From positions 2,348 to 66,347 of the forward strand of contig CAIYCT010000378.1 of assembly GCA_903924765.1 (NCBI GenBank): a stretch of 64,000 bases of DNA, given 5' to 3'. The position numbers and the translations under genes were made by a program. Source of the DNA: an uncultured Rhodospirillaceae bacterium (GTDB lineage: Bacteria > Pseudomonadota > Alphaproteobacteria > Rhodospirillales > Magnetospirillaceae). Below are positions 43,562 to 55,074 of the stretch, one piece after another. The stretch's first letter is position 1. Each line of letters begins with the position of its first letter. The notes under the pieces were generated by a model. That model worked only from the letters and a program-made list of their open reading frames with translations, was not told the DNA's origin and made no database searches.

Positions 43562-45334
43562 TTAGCCCATCCGCACGCGTTCTTCGGCCCAGGCATACAA
43601 CCTGCGCCACACCAGGCGATTAATGACAGTGACGAAGACGCACAACACAGCGCTTCCCAAGACCACGCGCGGCATATCGCTCTCGGCCGACGCCTTGGCG
43701 ATATAGGCGCCGATGCCGGTTGCCGACAGGGTGGTATCGCCCCATTTGACGATTTCAGACACGATGCTGGCGTTCCACGAACCGCCCGAAGCGGTCACGA
43801 CGCCGGTGACGTAAGCGGGCAAGACATACGGCAACGCAACTTTGCGCCACCACATCCAGCCTTTGGCGCCAAAATTCTGAGCGGCGAATTGCAATTCCGC
43901 AGGCATGGTCGACATGCCGCCAATCACATTGAACAGGATGTACCATTGCGTCCCCAAGATCATCAACGGAGACAGCCAGTACTCGGGATCAACGCCATAA
44001 TGGGTGATCAAGACCACCGCCAACGGAAACAGCAGATTGGCCGGGAACGCCGCTAAAATCTGCACCACCGGCTGCACCGCTTGCGCCAAACGGGGCCGCA
44101 TGCCGACCAACACTCCGATCGGCACCCAGACGAACGACGCGATGATGATCCAAAAAGCCACCCGCAGCGCTGTAAACAGGCCAAGCTTGAAGACCGTTTC
44201 AATCTCCTGCAATTGGGCCTCTTCGCTCACGACGTCGTAGACTTCCCACAGACAGTAAATCGCCAGACAGATCAAGGTTATGTTCCACACCAAATCGATG
44301 ATGCGCTGGAGGATCGGCGACATGGGACGACTGGCGCGCTGAACGCCGCTGGATTGCGGCAAGAACTTGCCCAGAAAAGCGATACCCTCGGACAGGGTGT
44401 CTGACGCCCAATTCAGGAACTGGGCGCGACGCAGCATGTCGAGGAACCAACTGGAGCGCGTTCCCTCCACCGGATCGTCCGACGCCCTAAACTTGTCTGA
44501 CCACACCAGAAGCGGACGCATGACCATTTGGTCCACGGCCAGAATCACCACGAACATCGCGATCAACGCATATCCGACAGCCGACAGGTCACGCGCGTCG
44601 ATGGCGGCGGCAATGTAAGAACCGATCCCAGGCAGAGTGACCTGCTTATCCTGAATGGTGATGGCTTCGGACGCCACGACGAAGAACCAACCGCCCGACG
44701 CCGACATCATAATGTTCCACACCAATTGCGGCATGGCGAAGGGAACCTCCAAGCGCCAGAATTTGCGCCAGGGCGACGCCCGGAACATTCTGGACGCTTC
44801 TTCAAGATCGAGCGGAACGGTGCGGAAGGATTGGTACAGACTGAAGGTAATGTTCCAGGCCTGAGAGGTAAAGATGGCGAAGATCGACGCGCACTCAACC
44901 CCCATCAAACTGCCCGGAAACAAAACGATAAACCCCGTCACCGTGATGGTCAGAAAGCTGAGGATGGGCACGGATTGCAAGACGTCCAAAACGGGGATCA
45001 GCAGTTTCGACAACATCTGGCTTTTCGCCGCCAGGGCTGCATAGATCAGGCTGAACACAATAGACGCAATCATGGCGATCGCCATGCGCAACGTGGTTCT
45101 TAAGGCGTATTCGGGCAGGTTCGAAGGATCGAGAGAAATCTCCAATTCGGTTTTGCCAACCTCGAACGGCACGACCATTCCCTGATGCGCGTGGCCAACC
45201 AGCGACACCGCGCCAATGACCAGAACAAACGCCAACATGTCCCAGTAATTGGGAATCGAAGGACGATTGATAGAGGGAATGGAAAACCGCGAAATCGGTA
45301 TGGAAAGATAACTCATCTGAGCGGCCCCCGTCAC
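43562..45334 (-). CDS. ABC transporter permease with duplicated BPD-type transmembrane domain
   Basis: 590 aa; two permease halves. Directly upstream of the ATPase gene. Alternative start ATG 45316. Confidence 0.85.
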   Translation of the reverse strand: MTGAAQMSYLSIPISRFSIPSINRPSIPNYWDMLAFVLVIGAVSLVGHAHQGMVVPFEVGKTELEISLDPSNLPEYALRTTLRMAIAMIASIVFSLIYAALAAKSQMLSKLLIPVLDVLQSVPILSFLTITVTGFIVLFPGSLMGVECASIFAIFTSQAWNITFSLYQSFRTVPLDLEEASRMFRASPWRKFWRLEVPFAMPQLVWNIMMSASGGWFFVVASEAITIQDKQVTLPGIGSYIAAAIDARDLSAVGYALIAMFVVILAVDQMVMRPLLVWSDKFRASDDPVEGTRSSWFLDMLRRAQFLNWASDTLSEGIAFLGKFLPQSSGVQRASRPMSPILQRIIDLVWNITLICLAIYCLWEVYDVVSEEAQLQEIETVFKLGLFTALRVAFWIIIASFVWVPIGVLVGMRPRLAQAVQPVVQILAAFPANLLFPLAVVLITHYGVDPEYWLSPLMILGTQWYILFNVIGGMSTMPAELQFAAQNFGAKGWMWWRKVALPYVLPAYVTGVVTASGGSWNASIVSEIVKWGDTTLSATGIGAYIAKASAESDMPRVVLGSAVLCVFVTVINRLVWRRLYAWAEERVRMG

Positions 45335-45488
45335 TTGAACCCAATAAAATCTGCTTCGGCTTTTATATCAAAACCAAAGAATAAGTGATGAAGTTTTTTT
45401 GACGCAGCGCTTTAATTATCAGAAAAATCCGCCTTGTTACAGTACAGAAACAGTGATGCCCAATCGATCCGGCACGCATATTTGGAAA

Positions 45489-47510
45489 TCAGCGCGTATG
45501 TTTGGTCAGGAATTTTTGCGGTTTACGTGCGCTGCCTTGGCGAACCGCCGGCCCATCACTTTGCCCCGCTCCGGTGCCCTTGGGCTGCCAAGCCGGAATC
45601 AGATGGCGCTTGCCATTGCCGATCAAATCGGCGCGGCCCATGCGGGTCAAGGCTTCACGCAGAAGCGGCCAATTCTCAGCGTCGTGATAGCGCAAGAACG
45701 CTTTGTGCAATCTTCGTTGTTTCAGTCCCAGCACCCGCGATACGGTTTCGCCTTGATTACGGCGGATTGGGCGCAGAGGATTGCGGCCGGTATGATGCAT
45801 GGCCGTGGCCAAGGCCATGGGCGATGGCAGGAAGGTTTGCACCTGATCGGCCCGGAAGCCGTTTCGCTTCAACCACAGCGCCAGTTCCATCATGTCCTGG
45901 TCGGTGGTGCCGGGATGGGCGGCAATGAAATAGGGAATCAGATACAATTCCTTACCCGCTTCCTTGGCGGCTTTGTCGAACAAGGCCTTGAAGCGGTCGT
46001 ACGCGCCAATGCCCGGCTTCATCATATGCGACAGCGGGCCGGGTTCGGTATGTTCCGGGGCAATCTTCAAATATCCGCCCACATGATGGCTGGCCAGTTC
46101 CTTAACGTATTCGGGATCGCGCACGGCCAGATCGTAACGCACCCCCGACGCCACCAGCACCCGCTTGATGCCCGGCAAAGCCCGCGCCTTGCGGTACAGG
46201 GAAATCAACGGGCCGTGATCGGTGTTCAAATTAACGCAAATGTCGGGATAGACGCAGGACAGGCGTCGGCAGACCGACTCGGTCTTGGCATCCTTGCAGT
46301 TCAGCCGCCACATATTGGCGGTGGGGCCGCCCACATCCGAGATGGTGCCGGTAAAACCCTCGGTCTTGTCGCGGATCCGCTCGATCTCGCGCAACACAGA
46401 CTCTTCCGAGCGGCTTTGAATGATGCGGCCTTCATGTTCGGTGATGGAGCAAAAACTGCACCCGCCGAAGCACCCGCGCATGATGGCGACGGAAAAACGG
46501 ATCATTTCCCAGGCGGGTATCTTTTGGTCCAGGTAAGACGGATGGGGCGCCCGTGCGAACGGCAATTCGTAAATCTGGTCCAGCTCCTTGGTGCTCAGCG
46601 GAATCGGCGGCGGATTGATCCAAACATGCCGCGTTCCATGGGCCTGGATCAAGGCCTTGGCGTTGCCGGGATTGCTTTCCAGATGGGACAAGCGACTGGC
46701 ATGGGCGTACAGCACCGGGTCGGCGGCTACCGCCTCATAGGATGGCAGCTTCAGGACCACATGATCGCCCTTGGGAATTTTAACCGTGGCGGCCTCATCC
46801 TCGACCTGCGCGCAATCCACCACGTCCCAACCATCGGGAGCGTGACTCACCATCACCGCCGTGCCGCGCAGATCGCTCTGGTCTGCGATGCTTTTGCCAG
46901 CGGCAAGGCCGTGAACCAGCGCCACCAGCGCCCGTTCGGCATTGCCGTAGAGCAAGATGTCGGCCTTGGAATCCACCAGCGCCGAGCGGCGCACCTTATC
47001 GGACCAATAATCGAAGTGGGCGATGCGGCGCAGCGACGCTTCGATGCCGCCGATTACCACCGGGACATCGGCAAACGCCTCCTTGCAGCGTTGGGCATAG
47101 ACCAGAACCGCCCGGTCGGGTCGCTTGCCGCCCTCGCCGCCCGGCGTATAGGAATCGTCCTTGCGGATGCGCCGGTCCGAGGTATAGCGGTTGACCATGG
47201 AATCCATGTTGCCCGCCGTCACGCCATAGAACAAATTGGGCTTGCCCAACGCCTTGAACGCTTCGGCGTCGCGCCATTCCGGCTGAGCGATGATGCCGAC
47301 CCGGAACCCCTGCGCTTCCAGCAAACGGCCGATAATCGCCATGCCGAAACTGGGATGATCGATATAGGCGTCGCCGGTGACCAGGATCACATCGCACGAA
47401 TCCCAGCCCAACCGATCCATTTCGTCCCGCGACATGGGCAGAAACGGGGCCGTGCCGAACCGGCTGGCCCAGTATTTCCGGTACGAGAAGATGTTGCGCT
47501 CTGTGGACAT
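45489..47510 (-). CDS. ygiQ: YgiQ-family radical SAM protein (UPF0313)
   Basis: [40 protein letters not shown] is the conserved YgiQ N-terminus. [10 protein letters not shown] is the radical-SAM cluster motif. I chose the start at MSTERN (47510) rather than the ORF-track 47558. Confidence 0.9.
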   Translation of the reverse strand: MSTERNIFSYRKYWASRFGTAPFLPMSRDEMDRLGWDSCDVILVTGDAYIDHPSFGMAIIGRLLEAQGFRVGIIAQPEWRDAEAFKALGKPNLFYGVTAGNMDSMVNRYTSDRRIRKDDSYTPGGEGGKRPDRAVLVYAQRCKEAFADVPVVIGGIEASLRRIAHFDYWSDKVRRSALVDSKADILLYGNAERALVALVHGLAAGKSIADQSDLRGTAVMVSHAPDGWDVVDCAQVEDEAATVKIPKGDHVVLKLPSYEAVAADPVLYAHASRLSHLESNPGNAKALIQAHGTRHVWINPPPIPLSTKELDQIYELPFARAPHPSYLDQKIPAWEMIRFSVAIMRGCFGGCSFCSITEHEGRIIQSRSEESVLREIERIRDKTEGFTGTISDVGGPTANMWRLNCKDAKTESVCRRLSCVYPDICVNLNTDHGPLISLYRKARALPGIKRVLVASGVRYDLAVRDPEYVKELASHHVGGYLKIAPEHTEPGPLSHMMKPGIGAYDRFKALFDKAAKEAGKELYLIPYFIAAHPGTTDQDMMELALWLKRNGFRADQVQTFLPSPMALATAMHHTGRNPLRPIRRNQGETVSRVLGLKQRRLHKAFLRYHDAENWPLLREALTRMGRADLIGNGKRHLIPAWQPKGTGAGQSDGPAVRQGSARKPQKFLTKHTR

Positions 47511-47556
47511 GAGGGGATAATAGCGAAGGTCGAACCGGGCGATAGAGATTTTTTCC

Positions 47557-48015
47557 ATGCGACTGTTTATGGCCTTAGGGTTTTTGGTGGCTTTGCTGTG
47601 GAACGGGAGCGCCCGCGCCCAGCAGCAAGTCGATCCGCACGACCGTCAAATGCTGACCTTTTACTTCCACACCACGCCGTTGCAGGACAAGGCGCTGGAC
47701 AAATTCGCCCATCAAGATTTGGTCCGGGCCGAACAAGCGGGACGTCCGGTGGAACCCCGCGTCGCCATGCTGCCCGGCATGATTCTAATAAGCCTGGAAT
47801 CCGTCACCATTTGCGACAGCGATAAAGGCTGCCCCTTGCTGATCTTCCGCGACATCACCAAACCGCCGACCTTGATCGATTCGTCTTACCAAAACATCTC
47901 CATCGCCCAGACGCCCAAAGGCACCTCGCTGTATTTGCGCGACGGCGTCGGCGACAAGGTCTGCGTGATCCCGCAAATCGGCAAAGGCAAGTGCGCCCGT
48001 CCCAAGAAAAAGTAA
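47557..48015 (+). CDS. small secreted hypothetical protein
   Basis: Signal peptide [23 protein letters not shown], four Cys and a Lys-rich C-terminus. No family recognised. Confidence 0.5.
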   Translation: MRLFMALGFLVALLWNGSARAQQQVDPHDRQMLTFYFHTTPLQDKALDKFAHQDLVRAEQAGRPVEPRVAMLPGMILISLESVTICDSDKGCPLLIFRDITKPPTLIDSSYQNISIAQTPKGTSLYLRDGVGDKVCVIPQIGKGKCARPKKK

Positions 48016-48094
48016 AACTCCGTCATCAATCTGTCACTGTTCAAAATCCGATGCCCTCCTTACATGATGGAGCAGACGCGATAAGGAGAACGCC

Positions 48095-48961
48095 ATGGCC
48101 GCAACCATCCTGATGACCGATCCAGAGTTCTACGAAGTTTCGTACACCATCAATCCTTGGATGCGGCCCGACCAATGGAGCCAAGACGTTGCCGCCGCTC
48201 AAGCCCTGGCCCGTCACCAATGGACAAATCTGAAGTCTAAGTTGGAACAAGACGGCATCACGGTGTTGACCATGCCGGGTGCCGCAGGGTTGCCCGATTT
48301 GGTCTTTCCCGCCAATGCCGCCATCGTGCTGGACGGCAAGGCCCTGCTGGCCCGCTTCCGCTATCCTCAACGCCAAGGCGAAGAAGCCTGCTTCCTGAAA
48401 TACTTCACCCAGCTCAAAGACCAAGGCATCATCCAATCGGTGGCGCCGTTCCCCGAAGGGCTGTACCAGGAAGGCGCCGGAGACTGCCTCTGGGACGTCA
48501 CCCGGTCGCTGTTCTGGGCCGGTTGGGGGCCGCGCTCGGATCGCCGCGCCATGGACCATGTGGTCGGACATTTCGGTAAGAAAGTGGTGGGGCTGGAACT
48601 GACCAGCGAGAAATATTACCACCTGGATACCTGCTTCTCGGTCTTGTCGGGGGGCGAAATCCTGTATTACCCGGAAGCATTCTCCTGGGAATCGCGCATC
48701 GTGTTGGAAGAACTGGTGCCGCCCTCCCAACGCATCGTCGCCACCGCCGAGGAAGCGGCGGCGTTCAGCGTCAACGCCGTCAATGTCGGCCGCAAATTGT
48801 TCCTGTCCAGCCCTCCCGACAGCCTGGTGGCGAAATTGCGCGACAAGGATTACGAATGCGTGCCGTTGGATCTGTCGATGTTCGTGATCTCGGGCGGCGG
48901 CGCGTTCTGTCTGACCCTAAGACTGGACCGCGTTTCTGTCGCCAACCCGGCGGTCGTCTAA
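48095..48961 (+). CDS. amidinotransferase-fold enzyme (DDAH / arginine deiminase-related)
   Basis: N-terminal [25 protein letters not shown], and a C-terminal [11 protein letters not shown] with a putative catalytic Cys. Confidence 0.7.
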   Translation: MAATILMTDPEFYEVSYTINPWMRPDQWSQDVAAAQALARHQWTNLKSKLEQDGITVLTMPGAAGLPDLVFPANAAIVLDGKALLARFRYPQRQGEEACFLKYFTQLKDQGIIQSVAPFPEGLYQEGAGDCLWDVTRSLFWAGWGPRSDRRAMDHVVGHFGKKVVGLELTSEKYYHLDTCFSVLSGGEILYYPEAFSWESRIVLEELVPPSQRIVATAEEAAAFSVNAVNVGRKLFLSSPPDSLVAKLRDKDYECVPLDLSMFVISGGGAFCLTLRLDRVSVANPAVV

Positions 48962-51070
48962 GCGGGCGATCAAGTCTACCAGCTTGGCTTCCTTGAACGG
49001 TTTTTCCATCAGATCATCCATCCCGGCTTGACGGCAGGATTCTTGGTCGCTGGGCAGGACCGCCGCCGTCAAGGCGATGATTGGCGTGCGGCGTCGGTCG
49101 CTTTCCCGCTCCAGCTTGCGGATGGCTTTGGCAGCCTCGATGCCGCCCATTTTGGGCATTTGCACATCCATCAATATCAGATCGAACAGACCTGCGCTGC
49201 ACGCCTCCACCGCCTGCAAGCCGTCCTCGGCCAGGGTAATGCTGTGGCCATATTTGGTGAGCATGGCGTAAACCACCATGCGGTTGACGGCGGTGTCTTC
49301 CGCCACCAGGATCGACAACGGGCGTTGTGAAATCGGCGCCGAAACCGCATGACTGACTTCAACCTCGATACCCAGCTTGAACGGCAAAACGAAAATGAAG
49401 CGGCTGCCCTTGCCGGTCTCGCTTTCCACCCAAATGCGCCCCCCCATGACCTCGGCCAATTGACGGCAGATGGCCAGCCCCAAGCCGGTGCCGCCATAGC
49501 GCCGATTGATGCTGGAATCCGCTTGGGTGAAGGGATCGAAGATATGGGGCAACGCGTTTGGATCGATGCCGATGCCGGTGTCTTGAACTTGAAACCGCAG
49601 CCACAACTCATCAAGGGCGACGAATTCCGTATCCACCGAAACGGCAATGGACCCCGATTCGGTAAACTTAATGGCGTTGCCGATCAGATTGAGCAGGATT
49701 TGCCGCAGCCGTGCCACGTCGCCCGCCACCCGGTGCGGCACTTCTTGGGCGATTTTCAATTCAGTTTCCAAGCCTCGCTGCAAGGCAGTCACCCGCATCA
49801 GCGCCACCACATCGCCGACCAATTCGGTCAGATCGAACTCGATGATTTCGGCGACAATGGCTCCGCGATCCATGCGCGAGAAGTCCAGAATGTCGTTGAG
49901 AATGGCCAGCAAGGCCTCGCCGGACGAGGTGATGATCTTCAGGCGTTCTTGCAAAGACGGGGATTCCGCTTCGTCCAACGCCAATTGCGCCATGCCAAGA
50001 ATGCCGTTCATGGGCGTTCTGACCTCGTGGCTCATCATGGCCAAAAAGTCGCCCTTGGCTTGATTGGCCGCTTCCAGCTCGGCGATGCGCAAGCGATCAT
50101 TGACGGTCAGAATCATATAGCGGGTCAACCCCACCAACAGCAAGGGCGTGCCCGCCAATGCCAGCAGCAATTGCCAGTCCGAGCGCAGCCATTGCCGCAT
50201 CATGTCGTCGTTGCTGACGCTGGCCACCACCGCCACCGGATAGAATTCCGAGGCCTCGAAGGCGACAAAGCCATTGCGCCTGGAAAACACCCCGGTATCG
50301 TCGATGCGTCCGTGATCGGTGAATTCCAACCGATGCAGCACCTTGTCCTCTACCGTTGGCAAGGGCAGGCTATGGGGTACGGGAACCGAGACCAGGGACT
50401 GTCCGTCAAAGCGGATCAGCGCCGCTTCGCCATCGGCGCTAAGCCTTGCAGAATCCAACATAGAGGAAAAATATAACGGATTCAGTGCGACGATGACCTT
50501 ATAGGGCGACATCTCTCGCCCCGGCGTTTGCTTGGTGACCGGCAGCACCCATTGTCCCGATTGGGCCTGCTCGTTATCATCCAGAAACCGTCCTGGAAAC
50601 GGATTGCCAAAGCGCAGGACGCTGCCGCTGGTGCTGTCGTTAAAAGCCAGAGCGCGCAGATCCATGGTGATGCCTTCCTCGCCGTGGGTGTCCATCACCA
50701 CCTTGCCATTGGCGTCAACCACCATGATCTGCCGAATCTGCGGCGAATCGCGCAAGATGCGCAACGCTTTTTCCTTGGCTGAATGAAACCCGGTGAACGG
50801 ATCGATCATCACCACGCTTTCGCCCACGCTGTCCAAGGACGTGGACACTGAATCCAAGGTGCGGGTAATGCCTTGGCTCAACACCTCGGTGGTGGCCGAG
50901 ACGGTTTCCGCCGCGCCTTCGACGTTTTGCGTGTAGCTGCGCCATGCCGCCAACGACGACAAGCCGGTTGCCGCCAATGTAATCAGAACGCCAGCCGCCG
51001 CCACCCGATGGCGCGAGCTTTTCCCCAGACTGGACGAAAATGAGGAGGGTTTCATTGGCTGCTCGTTCAT
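48917..51070 (-). CDS. hybrid sensor histidine kinase / response regulator with periplasmic sensor domain
   Basis: Two TM segments flank a ~270-aa periplasmic region. H-box [18 protein letters not shown], HATPase N/G boxes ([22 protein letters not shown]) and a receiver domain ([10 protein letters not shown]...[13 protein letters not shown]). Confidence 0.9.
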   Translation of the reverse strand: MNEQPMKPSSFSSSLGKSSRHRVAAAGVLITLAATGLSSLAAWRSYTQNVEGAAETVSATTEVLSQGITRTLDSVSTSLDSVGESVVMIDPFTGFHSAKEKALRILRDSPQIRQIMVVDANGKVVMDTHGEEGITMDLRALAFNDSTSGSVLRFGNPFPGRFLDDNEQAQSGQWVLPVTKQTPGREMSPYKVIVALNPLYFSSMLDSARLSADGEAALIRFDGQSLVSVPVPHSLPLPTVEDKVLHRLEFTDHGRIDDTGVFSRRNGFVAFEASEFYPVAVVASVSNDDMMRQWLRSDWQLLLALAGTPLLLVGLTRYMILTVNDRLRIAELEAANQAKGDFLAMMSHEVRTPMNGILGMAQLALDEAESPSLQERLKIITSSGEALLAILNDILDFSRMDRGAIVAEIIEFDLTELVGDVVALMRVTALQRGLETELKIAQEVPHRVAGDVARLRQILLNLIGNAIKFTESGSIAVSVDTEFVALDELWLRFQVQDTGIGIDPNALPHIFDPFTQADSSINRRYGGTGLGLAICRQLAEVMGGRIWVESETGKGSRFIFVLPFKLGIEVEVSHAVSAPISQRPLSILVAEDTAVNRMVVYAMLTKYGHSITLAEDGLQAVEACSAGLFDLILMDVQMPKMGGIEAAKAIRKLERESDRRRTPIIALTAAVLPSDQESCRQAGMDDLMEKPFKEAKLVDLIARLDDRRVGDRNAVQS

Positions 51071-51192
51071 AATCGCCGACCATACCCCATACTTACAGAA
51101 GCGTGAACTCTCAAACCGTCACAGAAACGCTGTTTAAGGAAATCCGCGGAACGGTTAAACTGGCATTTAATCCGCTTATTATGGAGCAATCG

Positions 51193-52185
51193 ATGAACAC
51201 CGCCGCAACAACCAGCCACATCATGGATGACGTCGCCCTGATTTACGGGTTCAGCATCAAAAACGGGGCGGCCACTTCGATTCAAGGCGGCGTCCAAAAT
51301 ACCGATGATCAGGATTATATGTGGTGCCATGTAAATTTGGCGTCGGAAGCAGGTATACACTGGGTCAAAAGCCATTCCAATTTGCCACCTCAACTTATCT
51401 CCGCCTTTTGCAATCGCGAGGAAGAGACCGACGTCTTGCCCTTTGGCACAGGGCTTTTGGTGGCGGTTAAGGACCGCCTCAAGGCGTTCGGCGACGCCCC
51501 CCTGGAACTTGGCAATCTGCACATGTGGATCGAACCCAACCGCATCATCACTGCTCGCTGGCATCCGTTGGTCGCCCCAGACCGGCTGCGCTTCAGACTG
51601 CAAGTGGGTTCAGCCCCGGAAACGTCGGTCGGACTGGCCATCGCCATGCTCGATGAAATCGTCAAGGACATCGAAAATATCGGCGACAAGATTATCCAAA
51701 ATATCGATGAATTGGAGGATCGGGTGCTGGACAACGATCAGAGCCGGATCGCCGCCGATATCGGCCTTGCCCGCCGCCAGATCATCCGCATGCGCCGACA
51801 AGTTTTGCCTCTTCGACTGAACATCACCCGGGCGGCGAAGGAATTGCCCAAATGGGCGACGGTTAGTGAGAACGAATCGCTGGACTCGTTGCTATCCCGC
51901 ATCGAGCGCATCGGCAGCGAAATCGTCGAAGCCCAGGAACAGGCCCGTGTCCTGCAAGATGAAAGCGGGGCACGGTCAGCGGAAAATATCAATCGCAGCA
52001 TGTATGTGCTGACCTTATTCACCGTCATTATTTTACCGCTCAACTTGATCACCGGTTATTTCGGCATGAACGTGCAAGGATTGCCGGGAGTTGGTGTCGA
52101 TGGCGGCTTTGAATGGGTCACAGCCAGCATGGTCATAACCCTTGTCGTTACCGTCCTATTCTTCAAATGGAAGAGGTGGTTCTAA
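51193..52185 (+). CDS. CorA-superfamily transporter, second ZntB-like paralog
   Basis: C-terminal YVLTLFTVIILPLNLITGYFGMNVQGLPG (GMN motif). ATG 51193 is preceded by GGAG at a 6-nt spacing; the ORF track starts at 51103. Confidence 0.75.
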   Translation: MNTAATTSHIMDDVALIYGFSIKNGAATSIQGGVQNTDDQDYMWCHVNLASEAGIHWVKSHSNLPPQLISAFCNREEETDVLPFGTGLLVAVKDRLKAFGDAPLELGNLHMWIEPNRIITARWHPLVAPDRLRFRLQVGSAPETSVGLAIAMLDEIVKDIENIGDKIIQNIDELEDRVLDNDQSRIAADIGLARRQIIRMRRQVLPLRLNITRAAKELPKWATVSENESLDSLLSRIERIGSEIVEAQEQARVLQDESGARSAENINRSMYVLTLFTVIILPLNLITGYFGMNVQGLPGVGVDGGFEWVTASMVITLVVTVLFFKWKRWF

Positions 52186-52296
52186 ACGACAGCGTCACTT
52201 TGACAAATATATTAACACTTCCGTGAATTTTTCTGGTCATACTCCCTAGATTGGGGGTATCTGTCACCAAAAGGGCCCCTTGGGCCAAATAACTTA

Positions 52297-54006
52297 ATGA
52301 CGGAAACTGGGATGTCGGCGACGCGCGCCAGCTTTGAAGTGCAGGTGCAAAAAGAAGGGCGATGGATCGCGGATATCGTTCTGGATCGTGAAGACGATGC
52401 CAGAAGCGCTGCGGCACGGCTGTTTGCCGATCGCAAGTGCGAAGGGGTTCGCATCTTCCGCAATTGGCTGCGCTCGGACCAAACCATCGTCGAAACCCAG
52501 ATCTTTTGTGAAACCCGCGTCATCAAGGAAAACGAGAAGCTGCGTATTGGCATGGTTGACGCCATACCTCCCAAATGCGACAGCGACGAGGATTATTACG
52601 GGTTCGCCAGCCGTCAGTTCATGAACCGGATTTTCCGCGCCTATTGCGACAAGATTTTTGTCACTCCCACCGAAATCCTTCATGACTTCAAGGAATTCAA
52701 ACGTCTTCAGGACACAGAAACCTTGATGTCCTCGGCTGTGGACCGGGTCGCTTTCCTGCAAACCCAGGACACCGACCAGGACCCCAAAGAGCGCAAAGAG
52801 CAAGTGTTCAAAGCCATCGGTCGGATCTCGGCCCGGTCCCGAAAAGTGGAGAAAGTGAAGCTGCCCAAACCGGGCGCGTCCCTCAGCGAGTTGTTGCGTT
52901 CGGTGCCCGCGAAGGAAGATACCAGCGACTATTTGACCATGGTCTCGTTGACGCGGGACTTGCTGACCAACCGGTCTTGGTTGGGAAAACTGGATCGTCT
53001 GCTGGATCTGGCCGCCGAAGAAACCGACCCCAACGCCATCGTCATGCTGGACGGCGTGATCTCGGACGTTCTGATGTCCAACGTCCTTCAGGACATATTG
53101 GGGCAGCAATCCAATCTGGCCCGCGCCATCATCCGCATGTTCGATTTGGCTGACGGCAAGTTCCCGCCCGACATCAGCGACGCTGCTTCGACCGTCGCCA
53201 AGCTCAACGCCATTCTGGCCAGCGGACTTTATCCCCGTTCCAAGACCAGCATCATTGACCGCGCCCATCGTCAAATCCGCTCGGTGACGCCGCTGTGCCG
53301 CGACGGCGCCGACAAGGAGTTGATTGAATTCCAAAAGATCATTCACCGCGTTCTGACCCCGGTGTGGTTCATTTCTGGCCCGGACACCGCCGAGGCGCTG
53401 ACGTCGCGCCACACCCGGCTGGTCATTCAAGGCGGCGTGGCCGGACGCAAGGCGGCGATATTGTGGACCTTCCTGGCCATGCCCGACATGGCCACCGGCG
53501 TCATTTACCTCAGTGAATTGGTGCTCAGCCAGTATGCGGAAGAACATACCGAGGATATGAGCCGGAAATTCCACGAAGTTCTGAAACAAAAAAGCCTGGA
53601 TGAATTCTGCGAACCCGGCTTGTCCATGCGCGATCGGTTGTCACGCGCCACCAATGCCTATCGCGCTTTGGCTCCCACTCCGTTCCCCGATCAAGTCAAG
53701 GATCGAGTGTTGGTCCATATCGACGCCATTATCGACAAGTTTCTGGTGGAAGAAGAAATCATCGAGAAGATGGATCACAACGATTCGTCATTGCGCGAAC
53801 GCGCCCAACGCTTGGTGCAATTCTGCGCGGCAGGTGTGCTGCCGCCCCAAGGTAAATCCGTCGACCGCACCCGCACCCGCATTCTCAATTTGTTGCGCCA
53901 GCCCAATTTCGACGCCCGTTTCATCGAAGGTCTGGACGATCCGACCGTGGCGCAAGAAACCTTGCGCGATTTTCACCAATTATTGGTCAAGGCCGGGTTC
54001 GGCTGA
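52297..54006 (+). CDS. hypothetical protein, 569 aa, predicted all-helical and cytoplasmic
   Basis: Long ORF with genome-typical composition. No motif I can assign and no TM segments. Confidence 0.6.
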   Translation: MTETGMSATRASFEVQVQKEGRWIADIVLDREDDARSAAARLFADRKCEGVRIFRNWLRSDQTIVETQIFCETRVIKENEKLRIGMVDAIPPKCDSDEDYYGFASRQFMNRIFRAYCDKIFVTPTEILHDFKEFKRLQDTETLMSSAVDRVAFLQTQDTDQDPKERKEQVFKAIGRISARSRKVEKVKLPKPGASLSELLRSVPAKEDTSDYLTMVSLTRDLLTNRSWLGKLDRLLDLAAEETDPNAIVMLDGVISDVLMSNVLQDILGQQSNLARAIIRMFDLADGKFPPDISDAASTVAKLNAILASGLYPRSKTSIIDRAHRQIRSVTPLCRDGADKELIEFQKIIHRVLTPVWFISGPDTAEALTSRHTRLVIQGGVAGRKAAILWTFLAMPDMATGVIYLSELVLSQYAEEHTEDMSRKFHEVLKQKSLDEFCEPGLSMRDRLSRATNAYRALAPTPFPDQVKDRVLVHIDAIIDKFLVEEEIIEKMDHNDSSLRERAQRLVQFCAAGVLPPQGKSVDRTRTRILNLLRQPNFDARFIEGLDDPTVAQETLRDFHQLLVKAGFG

Positions 54007-54990
54007 ACCTCCATGTGACCGCGTGGGCTTACCGCAATGGGGACACGTTGCGTGGCCGCCCATCACTTCGTTGCGAAGGATTTCGATGGCTTCGTCCTCG
54101 GTCAAGTTAAGCGACTGTCTGGCGTCTTCCAAGGCGCGCCGCTGATAGCGGGTAATGCGGCCATTTTTATCCAGAACGTCATCCACGAGGGTCCGGTATT
54201 CCTCACGCCGCATGCGCAATTGCTCCGAAAAGCCCGAGGCCAAAAAGCCCGACGGCAGCGCAATCATGCCCAAGCCGGTGATGGCGGTCGCCGCGCCAAT
54301 GAACTTGCCCAACACCGTCACCGGCACCATGTCGCCGTAACCCAAGGTGGTGACGGTCACCACCGCCCACCACACCGAGGTGGGGATATCGGTAAATACC
54401 TGCGGCTGAGCATGGTGCTCGGCCAAATAAATCAAGCTGGCGGACAACACCAACACCACGCCCAAAACAATCAACATGGCGCCAATGGTGCGGATCTCCT
54501 GGCGCACCACATCGACGATCACCGTCAAGGCTAGGGAATACCGCGAAAGCTTCAGGATCCGGAAAATTCGCAGCACGCGCAGCACTCGAAGATCGATCTC
54601 GAACACGATCCCCAAATAGAAGGGAGCGATGGACAACAGGTCGATAATCGCCGAAGGCGATATCGCCCAGCGTAGACGCCCCCATACCGGATGACGATAA
54701 TGGGGACTTGGCAAATCCACCGCGACCCACAATCTAATAAGATACTCGATGGTGAACACCCCGACGGAAAGCGTGTCAAAGGCTTGAAAAATGGGACCGT
54801 GAACCAGGCTCCAGCTTTCCACCGACTCGAAGGTGACGGCCAAAACATTGAGAAGGATTAAGACGACCAGGGCATGGTGCATGACCCTGCCCCCAATGGA
54901 CTGCGGATGATCCGACATCATTCGATAGGATTTGTGACGCAAACGAATAAGGGCGCGGAGCAAAGGTATGGTTGAGGGCAAAGGTCTCAC
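53980..54990 (-). CDS. voltage-gated-type (6TM) potassium channel
   Basis: S4 helix LRVLRVLRIFRILKLSRY and selectivity filter TTLGYGD. GTG 54990 is preceded by AGGAGA at a 9-nt spacing. The remaining 156 upstream codons of the ORF-track entry look non-native. Confidence 0.85.
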   Translation of the reverse strand: MRPLPSTIPLLRALIRLRHKSYRMMSDHPQSIGGRVMHHALVVLILLNVLAVTFESVESWSLVHGPIFQAFDTLSVGVFTIEYLIRLWVAVDLPSPHYRHPVWGRLRWAISPSAIIDLLSIAPFYLGIVFEIDLRVLRVLRIFRILKLSRYSLALTVIVDVVRQEIRTIGAMLIVLGVVLVLSASLIYLAEHHAQPQVFTDIPTSVWWAVVTVTTLGYGDMVPVTVLGKFIGAATAITGLGMIALPSGFLASGFSEQLRMRREEYRTLVDDVLDKNGRITRYQRRALEDARQSLNLTEDEAIEILRNEVMGGHATCPHCGKPTRSHGGSAEPGLDQ

Positions 54991-55074
54991 GGCGGTTGTT
55001 CTCCTGTTCGCAAGATGCCACAGCTCTGTGTTATTTAGTAGAAACAGTTTCATTATCAGACATAGGTTTTCCGA

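Noticed and set aside
45399-47825. 808-codon ORF on the + strand spanning the whole ygiQ gene and running into the next gene
   Set aside because: It is exactly antisense to a very well-supported YgiQ radical-SAM gene. Its translation is Arg/Ala/Gly/His-rich with no recognisable motif, which is typical of shadow ORFs opposite GC3-rich genes.
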